Virus record (IMG/VR): IMGVR_UViG_3300005764_000070
Span: 1 to 26,767 of that record
Source of the DNA: a virus
Taxonomy: Duplodnaviria; Caudoviricetes
Direction: 5' to 3' (one strand)
Length of the DNA: 26,767 nt
Shown: positions 8,290 through 17,500 of the stretch, piece after piece
Position numbering within the stretch: the first letter of the stretch is position 1
Layout: the number at the start of each line of letters is the position of its first letter
Made by a program: the position numbers and the translations under genes
The notes under the pieces: model-generated
Told to the model about the DNA's origin: nothing
What the model saw: only the letters and a program-made list of their open reading frames with translations
The model's database searches: none

Positions 8290-8730
8290 CTAGTTGAAGT
8301 ACGCCTTTCCGCTGGTTGCGCTACCGAACGAGAGCGTCACCTGAGAAGTACTGTCGTAGTGGATGTCGGGCAGCACGGTAGACCCGCCCGTATCGACCAC
8401 GTCCACGGCGGGGTACTTGCCCAGGGCGTGCGCGACCGTCCATGTCGCTGCCGGCGCCGACTGGTTATGCACGTAGTTCAGGTCGCCGCCACCCGTGCCG
8501 CCGCCAGCCGGCGCGTCAACGTCCACCCACAACACGAGTGTGTCGCGTGGCGAGGGCGCGGCAGGATCGATCCACACCTCCTCGACGGACCCGCTGCCAC
8601 CCTCACCGGGTGGCCCTTGCGGCCCCGGCGGACCGGGTGGGCCTGGTGGTCCCGGCGGACCGGGTGGGCCGGGGTAGCCCCACTCGGGCGGCAGCGGCGT
8701 GCCGCTAACCGGATTCCAGTTGACCGTCAC
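8290..8730 (-). CDS. Collagen-like fibre protein, 146 aa
   Basis: About 10 Gly-X-Y triplets, then a C-terminal Q...A.TW.V.H.LG..P.V.V.D..G...VT..F beta domain. Confidence 0.8.
   Translation of the reverse strand: MTVNWNPVSGTPLPPEWGYPGPPGPPGPPGPPGPPGPQGPPGEGGSGSVEEVWIDPAAPSPRDTLVLWVDVDAPAGGGTGGGDLNYVHNQSAPAATWTVAHALGKYPAVDVVDTGGSTVLPDIHYDSTSQVTLSFGSATSGKAYFN
8591..8680 (-). repeat. Collagen (GPP)n coding repeat
   Basis: GYP-(GPP)5-GPQ-GPP-GEG-GSG. The exact 20-mer cccggcggaccgggtgggcc occurs at 8624 and 8651. Confidence 0.9.
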
Positions 8731-9620
8731 AACACCACGCCCTGGCCTGCGGTGCCGACCACTTCACCGAAACCGATGCGACGAGCAGGCGGTGGACCCC
8801 AGATCAGGCTCTGGCGCGTGAACTCGCGTGCGGCCATCTCCTGGGTCGCCTGGAGATTGCCAGCCGCTGCCGCGAACATATGACTCGGGAACAGGTGCCA
8901 GGCCTCGATGTGGCCTGCGCTCGCGGCGTAGTCGAGGTCCACGGCTAACTGGTCGGTGTCCTGGGTTGGACCCGTGCTGGACTCAGCGCTATTCACCCAG
9001 GACCAGGCCGGCCGCGAGGCGGTCACCCACAAGCTGGCCGGCGCGTAACTGCCGCTGGTCCCGCCAAGCAGGACGTGCCCCTGCTGCACGTACGCGTGGA
9101 AGGGAGCCTCAGCCCACGGTTTCAGCCAGCCGTACTGTGCGCCCGTGACCTGATCCGGGTTCGTCAGCCACGGGAACTGATAAGTCAGGTCGATGTCGCC
9201 GTACCCGTTGGTGAGGCCAGCAGGCACCAGCTCGCTGGTGAAGCAGCGCCGCAGTCCGGCCAGCACCGCCTGGCGCAGCTCCTGCTCGGGGTGCAGATGG
9301 GTGAAGTCGGCGAGCTCGCCGGGCACCATCGGCGCGTACCAGTTGCGATCGATGACCACGCGGCCTGAGGCCGAGTCGAAACTCTGCACCTGGCGCGTGC
9401 GGTCCTGGGCGTTGTAGGCCACCGTACTGCCGTCCGCTTTGACGCCGCGGCGCAGCAGCCACAGGTTCTCAGGGCCGCCCAGGATCGAGGACGAGCGCAG
9501 CGTGGGCATGTACGCCGAGGTCGCCGTCGAGGTGGTCGGCACCTGAGCGTCCTGGGCAGCCTGGAAAAAAGGCCCGGTCCTGCGGGCCACCTCCTGCTCC
9601 AGTTGCGCGAGCGTGATCAC
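8727..9620 (-). CDS. Putative head-tail adaptor, 297 aa
   Basis: N-terminal TLAQL..EVARR helix, alpha-beta-alpha layout, first large gene after the capsid cluster. The function is inferred from position. Confidence 0.55.
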   Translation of the reverse strand: MITLAQLEQEVARRTGPFFQAAQDAQVPTTSTATSAYMPTLRSSSILGGPENLWLLRRGVKADGSTVAYNAQDRTRQVQSFDSASGRVVIDRNWYAPMVPGELADFTHLHPEQELRQAVLAGLRRCFTSELVPAGLTNGYGDIDLTYQFPWLTNPDQVTGAQYGWLKPWAEAPFHAYVQQGHVLLGGTSGSYAPASLWVTASRPAWSWVNSAESSTGPTQDTDQLAVDLDYAASAGHIEAWHLFPSHMFAAAAGNLQATQEMAAREFTRQSLIWGPPPARRIGFGEVVGTAGQGVVL

Positions 9621-10030
9621 AGCGTCCTGAAGGTAAGATCCGGCGTGAGCGAGGTATAGCTGCCCACGGTCACCGAGATGCGGTAGTGATAGGTGGTGCC
9701 CGTGGTCAGCGCTGTCAGGTTGGCCACGATCGCGCCCGTGCCAGCCGCTGGCGTGGCGTTCTGGTTGCTGCCGTAGGCCGTGGTCGTGCCGTAGTTGACC
9801 ACCATGCCCGTGCAGGCCACGTCCACGGTCCAGTTGACGGTCGCCGTGGTGGTAGCGATCGGCGCCACGTAGATGCCGCGGATGTTGGCGCCCTGCATGG
9901 CCGCCTTGCCCGAATTGATCAGGTCGCGCACGTACGCCTCGTCGGTGATGCTGGCGGCGTGCCCGGCCCCGTGAATGGTGGTCGGCGTGACCGAGTCCAC
10001 CGCCGGGGCGAGGAAGACAATGTTGGACAT
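9617..10030 (-). CDS. Putative capsid decoration protein: small N-terminal domain plus FN3-like domain
   Basis: TTATVNWT...V.YG....YG...L.AL..GTTYHYRI...FRT is an FN3 signature. Confidence 0.75.
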   Translation of the reverse strand: MSNIVFLAPAVDSVTPTTIHGAGHAASITDEAYVRDLINSGKAAMQGANIRGIYVAPIATTTATVNWTVDVACTGMVVNYGTTTAYGSNQNATPAAGTGAIVANLTALTTGTTYHYRISVTVGSYTSLTPDLTFRTL

Positions 10031-10224
10031 CAGGCTGCCGGTGCCGAGAACAGCGCAGGTGGCGGCGGCCCGTCGAGGAGCTCCGCCTTGCCCTCGAGCA
10101 AGAGGCTCTTGATGTAGTCGTAGTCGGCCTCGACGTAGTCCGTCTCGTGCCCCGGCCCGTAGGTGGTGGCCGGGTGGTCAGGACGCGGGTCCGTCGCCGG
10201 AGCCAGGAAGCGGATGCGCGGCAT
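10030..10224 (-). CDS. 64-aa post-capsid protein, paralogue of its neighbours
   Basis: TGATG overlaps on both sides. IRFLAPA.D...GH...EGKA is shared with the 137-aa protein. Confidence 0.8.
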   Translation of the reverse strand: MPRIRFLAPATDPRPDHPATTYGPGHETDYVEADYDYIKSLLLEGKAELLDGPPPPALFSAPAA

Positions 10225-10454
10225 CAGCCCTTGCTCCGGCTACTCGGCTTTGTCTGGACCGTGTCTTCTCTGGCGGTGCGCTCGGCATAGTGGGTGGGTT
10301 CTGGCTCGGCCTGTTCCGCGGCGAGGTCCGACACCTTGCCGTCGGCGCGCCAGGCGGCAAATACCTCGTCGTCGACGTCCACCTCCGTGCCGGCCGCGAA
10401 GTTCTCACCCGTCTTGGGATGGGTGAGCGGCACCAGCGTTCGTACTTTCGGCAT
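10224..10454 (-). CDS. 76-aa post-capsid protein
   Basis: Start reassigned to ATG at 10454 (TAATG overlap): [29 protein letters not shown]...DGKV. Confidence 0.8.
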   Translation of the reverse strand: MPKVRTLVPLTHPKTGENFAAGTEVDVDDEVFAAWRADGKVSDLAAEQAEPEPTHYAERTAREDTVQTKPSSRSKG

Positions 10455-10591
10455 TACTTCTTGCCTTTCCTGCCCTGCCGCGCCTGGCGCAGCGCCGCGG
10501 CGACGGCCTGCTTCTGTGGGTGGCCGGCCTTGACCATCTCTCGAATGTTCTGACTGATCGTGGCGCGGCTCGAGCCTTTCTTGAGCGGCAT
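10454..10591 (-). CDS. 45-aa highly basic protein (MPLKKG.S...IS.NI.E....G.P.KQAVA type)
   Basis: Not in the track. [45 protein letters not shown], with 1-nt overlaps on both sides. Confidence 0.85.
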   Translation of the reverse strand: MPLKKGSSRATISQNIREMVKAGHPQKQAVAAALRQARQGRKGKK

Positions 10592-10767
10592 CAGCGCATC
10601 TTCCGCAGCGTGAGCGCGAGTCGAGCTCGTTGGCCGGTCTTGCCCTTCTGCTTCGCCGCGGCCTCCAGCCTGGCGCGTGGGATGGGCTTGTCGCCGGAGG
10701 CACCCAGCGTCTTTCGCAGCGCACCGGGCTTCGAGATCGCGCCGGAGATCCAGTTCTTCTTGGCCAT
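10591..10767 (-). CDS. 58-aa highly basic protein (WI..AI.KPGAL...G.RARLA.TL type)
   Basis: Not in the track. [58 protein letters not shown], with a TGATG overlap to the next gene. Confidence 0.85.
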   Translation of the reverse strand: MAKKNWISGAISKPGALRKTLGASGDKPIPRARLEAAAKQKGKTGQRARLALTLRKMR

Positions 10768-10771
10768 CGGA

Positions 10772-10861
10772 CTACGCCGGAGTCGGGGGCACCGGCTCCG
10801 GTTCAGGCTCTGGCTCGGGCTCGGGATCGGGCGGCTGCGGAGGCTTCGGATCTTCGTACAT
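10772..10861 (-). CDS. 29-aa acidic Pro-Glu repeat peptide
   Basis: Not in the track. MYEDPKPPQPPDPEPEPEPEPEPVPPTPA fills the gap with 4-nt spacers on each side and has GAGG upstream. The PE codons vary synonymously. Confidence 0.65.
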   Translation of the reverse strand: MYEDPKPPQPPDPEPEPEPEPEPVPPTPA

Positions 10862-10865
10862 CGTG

Positions 10866-11873
10866 CTAGCCCTCACCACCGGTGGCGGCCTTCTGCTGCA
10901 GCGCAAAGAAGGGATAGCGGGACGCCTTGGTCGATTGCTGGCGGTTGACCGGGTTGGGGATCGCCCACGCGAAGCGAGCGGTCACGCGCAACGCGACCAT
11001 GTCCTGCTGCATCAGGTTGTACTGAATGACGGGCGGGCTACCGTTGTCGGTGATCACGCCGGTGTCGAACATCTCCATGCTGATGTCGTCGCGGATCGCC
11101 AGCATGCTCTGGTCCCACTGGCCACCAATCATGGAATAGCCCGAGGCGCCGGTGTTGAAGCTGGTCAGGCCCGCGTTGGAGAAAATGATCGGCTCGCCGA
11201 ACAGGCTGCCGGTGTTGATCGACGCATTCGGCGTGGCGTTGTCGCCCAGGAAGAGCAGACCTTTCTGTGCATCGCGCAGACCACGCAGCTTGGCCTTGAC
11301 CTGGCGGCGTGCCCAGAAGCCGGTCACGTCGAAGCCGTCGGCTTCCACCGTGGCCATGGCGTTGTTGATGTCGTCCAGGTAGTCGACGGCGCTGGAGACA
11401 ACCACGAGGTTGCCCGCGGAGTTCGCGCCGGTGACGATCGCTGGCGGGAAGGTGGTGGGCGCGTTGGTGCCGAAGAACACGGCGTCATCGAGCGCCACGC
11501 CAAACGCCTCGGTGACTTTGGGCTTGACCTGGCTCCAGAAGTCGTAGTCCATGTCATCGAGCAGGTTCTTGGCGATCGGCACGATGACGGCCATCTCTTC
11601 AGCGTTGAGATACACGTTGTCCCACTGGAGCGAGGTGGTCTGCTTCATGCCGATGTCGCGCGCGTCCAGGCTCGCGCCGGTGATCCAGTACGCGGTCGGC
11701 AGCTGGCTCATAACCGGGATGCGCTGCTGCGCTCGCTTCATCCTCACGTGAGGCATCAACTGGAGCGCGGCGCTCTTGACCTCGATTGACTGGACGATGT
11801 CGCGCTGAACGTCCTCGGGAATGAGCGGCCCCGAACCTGGGGTCGCACGGGTGGCGATAGAGCTGTACGGAAT
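10866..11873 (-). CDS. Major capsid protein, HK97 fold (335 aa if initiated at ATT 11873)
   Basis: LIPEDVQRDIV...SAALQL, EEMAVIVPI...LLDD, EAFG.ALD.AV.FG and NL.QQDMVALR...RFAW are HK97-family motifs. The frame is open 38 codons upstream of the track's TTG start. Confidence 0.92.
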   Translation of the reverse strand: MPYSSIATRATPGSGPLIPEDVQRDIVQSIEVKSAALQLMPHVRMKRAQQRIPVMSQLPTAYWITGASLDARDIGMKQTTSLQWDNVYLNAEEMAVIVPIAKNLLDDMDYDFWSQVKPKVTEAFGVALDDAVFFGTNAPTTFPPAIVTGANSAGNLVVVSSAVDYLDDINNAMATVEADGFDVTGFWARRQVKAKLRGLRDAQKGLLFLGDNATPNASINTGSLFGEPIIFSNAGLTSFNTGASGYSMIGGQWDQSMLAIRDDISMEMFDTGVITDNGSPPVIQYNLMQQDMVALRVTARFAWAIPNPVNRQQSTKASRYPFFALQQKAATGGEG

Positions 11874-11874
11874 G

Positions 11875-11905
11875 GGAGTGGCCCTCTATGGAACGGGGCC
11901 AGTCC
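11875..11905 (-). promoter_or_regulatory. mRNA hairpin overlapping the capsid Shine-Dalgarno
   Basis: Minus strand GGA-C-TGGCCC [11 nt] GGGCCA-C-TCC. The SD AGAGGG lies 8 nt before ATT and partly in the 3' arm. Confidence 0.5.
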
Positions 11906-11910
11906 GAAAA

Positions 11911-12669
11911 CTAGCCCGCGCTGTTGTGTCGATTGCCGACGCCGTAGTACTCGCGAAAGATGTCCGACATCTGCTTGTCAGCGGCTGAGCCGCTCGAGGC
12001 GGGCAGCAGATCCGGTTCGGTGGTGCCGCCGCGCGCCTCGCTCAGGATCTGTTTCCTGAACGCCTGGTTGCGCCTGAGCTTGCCTTCGGCTTCTTTTTCG
12101 CCCTCGGCCTTCCAGTGCTTTTCCAGGCTCTTCAGCGCCTCGGCGACCACCAGCTTGCGTCCGTCCAGTCCCTTGCCCGCGCCCTCGAGCTGCATGATCC
12201 GCTGACGTTCGCGGGGCGGCAGCACCTCCATCAGGGGGTCGATCGAGATCCGATCGTGCTGGCTGCCCACGGTGGCGAAGAAGTCCGTCAGGCCAGCGCT
12301 CTGCTGCTGCTGTTGCTCGGCCTCGCGCTCCTGTTGCGCGTATGCCCACGGATCGTCGTCGCGGAGTTTGCGACGGTCTTGCGCTCGCTGGTCGGCGGCC
12401 CGTTTCGCCTCGCGGCGATCGGTTTCGGCCTGAACCCGACGCTGTAACTCGTCCTCGGTCAGCGTCAGCGTCTTCGACGCTCCGTCCGGCTCGCCTGACT
12501 CCTGCGTCTCAGTCTGAGTCTCCGGGGCTGGCCTGCGGTTGAACAGCCGCTGCCACCAGCCTGGTGAAGACTCCTCCTGAGTCGGCTCCGAAGTCGGCTC
12601 CGAAGCGGGTGCATCGGGCGACTGCGCCTCCTGGGAAGGAGTGTTTTCTGCTTGTTCGTCGGCCATCAT
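11911..12669 (-). CDS. Capsid scaffolding protein
   Basis: Acidic disordered N-terminus and charged coiled coil (LTEDELQRRVQAETDRR), immediately upstream of the capsid gene. No protease motif. Confidence 0.75.
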   Translation of the reverse strand: MMADEQAENTPSQEAQSPDAPASEPTSEPTQEESSPGWWQRLFNRRPAPETQTETQESGEPDGASKTLTLTEDELQRRVQAETDRREAKRAADQRAQDRRKLRDDDPWAYAQQEREAEQQQQQSAGLTDFFATVGSQHDRISIDPLMEVLPPRERQRIMQLEGAGKGLDGRKLVVAEALKSLEKHWKAEGEKEAEGKLRRNQAFRKQILSEARGGTTEPDLLPASSGSAADKQMSDIFREYYGVGNRHNSAG

Positions 12670-12678
12670 AGAACCTTT

Positions 12679-14565
12679 CTACGGATACGCGTAGTCCGGC
12701 GCGTACTGATCCCACGGATTGCCCGTGGGGATCGCCCCGAAGTTGGGCGCCGCCGGCGGCGTGGGCTGCATGTTGGGCACCAGCGCTTGCTGGCGCTGGG
12801 CCAGCACGTCGGCAGCCTGGCGGTTCTGCCACTCGCTGAACCAGTCGGAGGTGGGCAGCTCCGGCGTGGGCACCGACGTGCGCGTGCCCGGCGGGTTAGG
12901 CGCGCCGGGCGGCAGCGGTGGTGACGGAGGCGGCGCGGGCGCGCCGGGCGGGGCGTACTGGTTGCGGCCCAGTGCCGTCGCCACGTCGACGTTCTGGAAG
13001 TTGGGGGCCGGCAGCCCGTTGGCCTGCGCCGCGGTGGGGTCGATGTACTTGAGCGCGTTCATCGTGCCCTTCTGGTACAGGTCGACCGGGTTGGGACCCT
13101 TCCACGTCAGGGCGCTCGGGTTGGTCGGCGTCTGGCCTTTGGCGAGCTGGGCCGAGGCAGCGTAGAACTCCGGGTTGGTGACCGGGTGCGCGGCCTGCAG
13201 CGCCTTGAAGGCGTTGACCGCGCCGGTGCCGTACGGCTCCGCCGCGGAGGCCGCGGAGGTGCGCGCCTTCATCTGGTCGAGCGCCTGCTGCTGGTAGGCC
13301 TGCTGCTTGACCGCGTCGAGTTGGCCCAGCTGCGGCGCGACGTTGGCGTCGTACCACGTGTTGTAGTCCTTGAGCGCGTTCTCAGCGGTGTACGACGGGT
13401 CGCCTTTGGCGGCTCGGGCCTGGACCTCGTCGCTCTTCTGCTGCATCAGCGTCTGGATCTGGCCGATGCGCGCCTGGACGTCGGCCAGCGTCTTGGGCTG
13501 GAACGACGGGTTCGCCTGCGAGGTCAGCTTGCCGGAGGCGTCCATGGTGGTGATGTACGGCTGATCGGCACCGGCCGTGACCTGGGTCGGCTTCTCGGGC
13601 ACGGCCCGCGCACCGATGTCGGTCGTCTTCCACTCCCCACCCTCGTACGTCTGGGTGACGTGGTAGTTGTTCTCGATCGCCGGCCGCGTGTCGCCCGGCT
13701 GCGGCGCGCCGGGAATGGCTGAGGCACCCACCTGGGTGGTGCCCCAGTTCCCGTTCTGGTACGTCTTGGTGACGTAGCGGCCCTGGACGACGTCGGTCAT
13801 CGTGTCGCCGTTCTTGGGCTGCGAACCGGGCTGTAGCGTGGTCAGGTTCTGGCCGTCCCAGGCGAACATCGAGCCGCCCTGGCCCTGCACGATCTGACGC
13901 TTGTCCGGCTCGGCCGGGCGGAGCTCCTTGAGCGTCGTGCCGTCCCACGAGAACTTCTGGCCGCGCTGGCCGTCGACGACGGTCGGCTTCTGGGCGTTGG
14001 CGTCGGCCGGCACGGTGACGCGATTGCTCGAGTTGCTGGGGTCCTGGAGCGCGATGACCTTGCTGGTGGGGTCCGCCGGATTGGCGTGGATCTGCACCCA
14101 CGACGCCGGGTCGCTGGGTGGGCGGCTACCGGCTGGAGCGGCTTTGCTCTCGGGCGGGATGCTGGTGTCGAGCTCGAACGCGCCGGTGGCGCCCGTGCCG
14201 CCCGGTGGCGTGCCCTTCGGATTCCAGCGGTAGGTGTACGTCTTGACCGAGCCGTCCGGCTGCGGCATGTCGATCGTCTTGGTTGTCGGCGCGGCCTGCG
14301 ACGTCGAGGCAGCAGGCGGCTTGAGATACGGCAGCATCGACCGCTCGTCGCTGTTCAACTTGTCGAGGTTGTTTCGGGCAACCTGCATCGCAGCAACGTT
14401 GTTCTTGCCGTCTGGATTCAGAACGGGGTCGACGCCACCTGAGTCGATGATGGCTTGCTGACGCGCCTTGTCCTGCTGAAGCCGCTGCCACTGCGCCAGG
14501 ACCACCTGGTTGAAACTGGCGGTATCGGTCGGGAGTTGAGGCTGCTGAGTCTGATCCGGATCCAT
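12679..14565 (-). CDS. 628-aa Pro/Gln/Thr-rich protein with internal repeats, putative ejection/internal virion protein
   Basis: Long ORF with GGGAG upstream and two pairs of internal repeats. The function is inferred from composition and context. Confidence 0.6.
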   Translation of the reverse strand: MDPDQTQQPQLPTDTASFNQVVLAQWQRLQQDKARQQAIIDSGGVDPVLNPDGKNNVAAMQVARNNLDKLNSDERSMLPYLKPPAASTSQAAPTTKTIDMPQPDGSVKTYTYRWNPKGTPPGGTGATGAFELDTSIPPESKAAPAGSRPPSDPASWVQIHANPADPTSKVIALQDPSNSSNRVTVPADANAQKPTVVDGQRGQKFSWDGTTLKELRPAEPDKRQIVQGQGGSMFAWDGQNLTTLQPGSQPKNGDTMTDVVQGRYVTKTYQNGNWGTTQVGASAIPGAPQPGDTRPAIENNYHVTQTYEGGEWKTTDIGARAVPEKPTQVTAGADQPYITTMDASGKLTSQANPSFQPKTLADVQARIGQIQTLMQQKSDEVQARAAKGDPSYTAENALKDYNTWYDANVAPQLGQLDAVKQQAYQQQALDQMKARTSAASAAEPYGTGAVNAFKALQAAHPVTNPEFYAASAQLAKGQTPTNPSALTWKGPNPVDLYQKGTMNALKYIDPTAAQANGLPAPNFQNVDVATALGRNQYAPPGAPAPPPSPPLPPGAPNPPGTRTSVPTPELPTSDWFSEWQNRQAADVLAQRQQALVPNMQPTPPAAPNFGAIPTGNPWDQYAPDYAYP

Positions 14566-14568
14566 GCG

Positions 14569-17500
14569 TTATCTCCCTTGCGCCGCGGCGAGGTGGTCTT
14601 CGATCAGTTTGTCGATCGCTCGATTCTGCTGCTGCTGAATCTGTTCGGAGACGCGATACACCGGGCTGACGATGCCGCCGTAGAGCGACGCAAGCTGGAC
14701 CTCCTCGTTCGTCGGCGGCGGCGCGTGGGTGGGGTCGGCCTTGTAGGCGTTCCAGCGCGCCACGGCGCGGTCGATGTGCGCCTCCTCCTGCGCGTCGGTC
14801 ACGCCCGGGTATTTCTGCGGCAGGCCGGTGTCCGCCGCCGAGTTGGGAATACCCACCTGATCGCGCAGCGTGTCGCGCAGGTGCAGCTGCGCGGTCCGCA
14901 TCATGCTGAGTTTGCGGTCATCGGTCGTGTTCGGGTCGTTGTATTCCGGCAGCTGGCGCACGGTCTTGGCCACCACCGGTTCCTGGAACTCGCCCATGAG
15001 CTGGTCCAGGCGGTCGTACTTGTCGGCGGCCATCTGGCCACCGTAGTTGCGAACGACGCCGGAGGTCAGCCCGCCGATGATGGCGCCCGGCAGCGACGTG
15101 CCTTCCTTGCCCATGGCCGCGTCGGTCACGCCCAGGCCGTAGCGGCCGAGCGTGCCCAGGTTCTCATTAATAAGGAAGTCGATCTGCATCGGCGACACGC
15201 CGTAGGCTTCGCCCAGACGCCGCGCCAGCAGACTGGTGCGGTCGTTGGCCTGGGCCGACGGCGGCAGATCCTGATACGCCTGGGGCACGATCGGCAGCCC
15301 GGTGTAGAAACGGCGGTTGGCCGCGAGCTCCGAGGGCGTCCGCAGCGGTGCCGGAAAGAACGAGCCGGCCACGGAGCTGGGCGAATCACCCGAAATGGGC
15401 GAGATCGTGCTGAGCGCGCCGAGTCCCACGTCCTGTGGCGAACGCGGGTCCCAGTGCGACTGGTCGGGGTCGGCGTGGCTCGAGATCCAGTTGACAGGAT
15501 CGGTAAACGCGGACAACTCGCCCAGCGGGATGCTGAGACGGTTGATCGTCTTGTAGCCGATGCCGTTGGCGTTCTTCTCCGACCCCGGCAGCATGATGAT
15601 GGCGTTCTGGCGACGTTCGTACTCGGGGATGTCGTAGAACGCCGGGTCCTGCTGGTTGCGCTCGTTGTTGGCCGCCACGGCAGCAGCCAGGCCGCCCAGC
15701 CTCAGCCTGGCGATGGGATCGTCGCGCAGGCTACGGCCGATGTTCAGCAGGCCCTGGCTGCGGGCGTTCAGGAACAGCGAGGCCATGTTCAGCTGCTGCA
15801 GGATGTCGCCGCTGCGCTGGAAGTCGACGGTGGCGCGACGTCCGGAGGTAGCCGCTTCCGCCGGCGACTCGCCGGCGAGCAGGTGCTGCTCGAAGGCGGC
15901 CAGGTGGGGTCCCTGCTCGATGACTTCGCCGGCGCGGGTGATGAACTTGAGCTTGAGCGCGTCCATGGCCAGCCGCGCCAGGTCGCTCTGGTCGTGCAGC
16001 ACGAGGCCACCGGTGTCGGCAATGAGCTTGTCGATGTCCTGTGGCGAACGCTGATAGAGCGACTCCATGCCGCCACCGGCCTGGATGTACTGGCGCCACA
16101 GATCGTCCTGCCTGGCAGCCGAGAGCATGCCGCGGGGGATGTTCTTCGCCGTCGTGCCGCCCTCGCGCACAAAGGTAGTGATGAAGTCGCGGATCGCGTT
16201 GGTGGCCAGGAACGAGGGACTCGCTGCGGTCGCGCCCCAGCGCAGGGGCGCGTTCAGCGCCTGGAGCACCTTGCCGAGCGCACCGGGGTCGGTGCCCTCG
16301 AGGTTCTTCATCAGCGACTCGAGGCCCGGCACCTGGCTGACGTCGTAGTAGACGCGCTTGCCGTTCTCGTATTTGCTGACGCGGCCCGGCACGTCGCCGC
16401 TCATGCGCCTGAGCACGGTGGCGATGTTCGACGGCGCACCCAGCAGCTGGCTCATCGGTGCGCCGCCGGGGCCGGCCACCTCCGGACCGGTGACGAGCTG
16501 CATCGGGTTGATGCGTTTGACGAGCGGCGCACCGGCGGCATCCACCAGGGTGGGGTCGTTCATCGCCGCGTCGAGGATCGCGCTGGCGACCCCGTTGCGG
16601 TTGTTGAGCACGTCACTCTGCATGAAGTGGCGCACCAGCGAGCGCAGCGGCTGCTCGGTCGCGTCCTCTGAACCCTCGCCGGCCAGCCGCCGCAGCAAGT
16701 TGTCGGTGGTAACCAGCCGATTGCCGCCGCCGCTCACCCCGCCGGCTTCCTCGTCCAGATACTTCATCAGCACGGTGGGGTTGTAGTGGGGCTGCTCCGT
16801 CATCAGCCGCTGCGCCAGGTCGGGGTCGATCATGCCCGCGTCCACACGCGCCTGGAGTAGACGGGTGGTCGCGTCGTTCAGCATCTTGTCGCCCTGTTGC
16901 AGCGCGGCCCAGCCTTTGGGACCCACCTCCTGCTCGAGCGAGTCGAGCGCGGCCTGGGCGTCCGCGGCGGTCTTGACCCCGCCCGAAGCCTCGCGTGCGC
17001 CGCCGTACAGGTTGGCGACTTCCAGATCGCGCTGGTACTTGCGGAACTCGTTCAGGTACTCGTCGCCTTCTTTCTGACCCAGTACCTCGCGCACGCCACG
17101 CAGCGCCGGCGTGATCTCGTCATCCACCAGCAGCTTGGCCCGTGCGCCGCGGCCGGCGTACGTCGCCAGCAATGATTCGGCATCCATCTCCGGCGTGAAC
17201 GCCGACCCGAGCGCTTCCCTGGCGCGGCCGGACATCTGGTTGATCTGCGCCCACTTGTCGGCGGCTGCCGTGTCGAGCGTGCCGGTGCGCCCGCCCAGCC
17301 CGATCGCGTTGGCCACGCCTTCGGCGACGCGGTCGGGCAGCGACGGCTGCGTGTCCTGGTCACGGAACATCTTGATCGTCGCGTCGCGCACGGCGTTGCC
17401 GGTGGTGCTGGGCTTGCGCGTCGCGGCGTAAGCGACCTCCGGCGGCGAGAGCACGTCGAGCGCGCCCAGCCCCCGTCCGGCAAGTTCGCCGGCTGCCTCC

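Noticed and set aside
588-12681. Genome-wide TAG recoding, suggested by many TAG stops and the TAG-ATG junction
   Set aside because: Long genes (1700, 712 and 680 aa) have no internal TAG, and most TAGs are followed by a properly spaced new start. Recoding would also not fuse scaffold to capsid, because the frames differ.
14455-16671. Long plus-strand ORFs (738 aa here; also 19633..21162, 10677..11789, 23219..24283 and others)
   Set aside because: They are antisense shadows of GC3-biased minus-strand genes, with no motifs and full overlap with well-supported CDSs.
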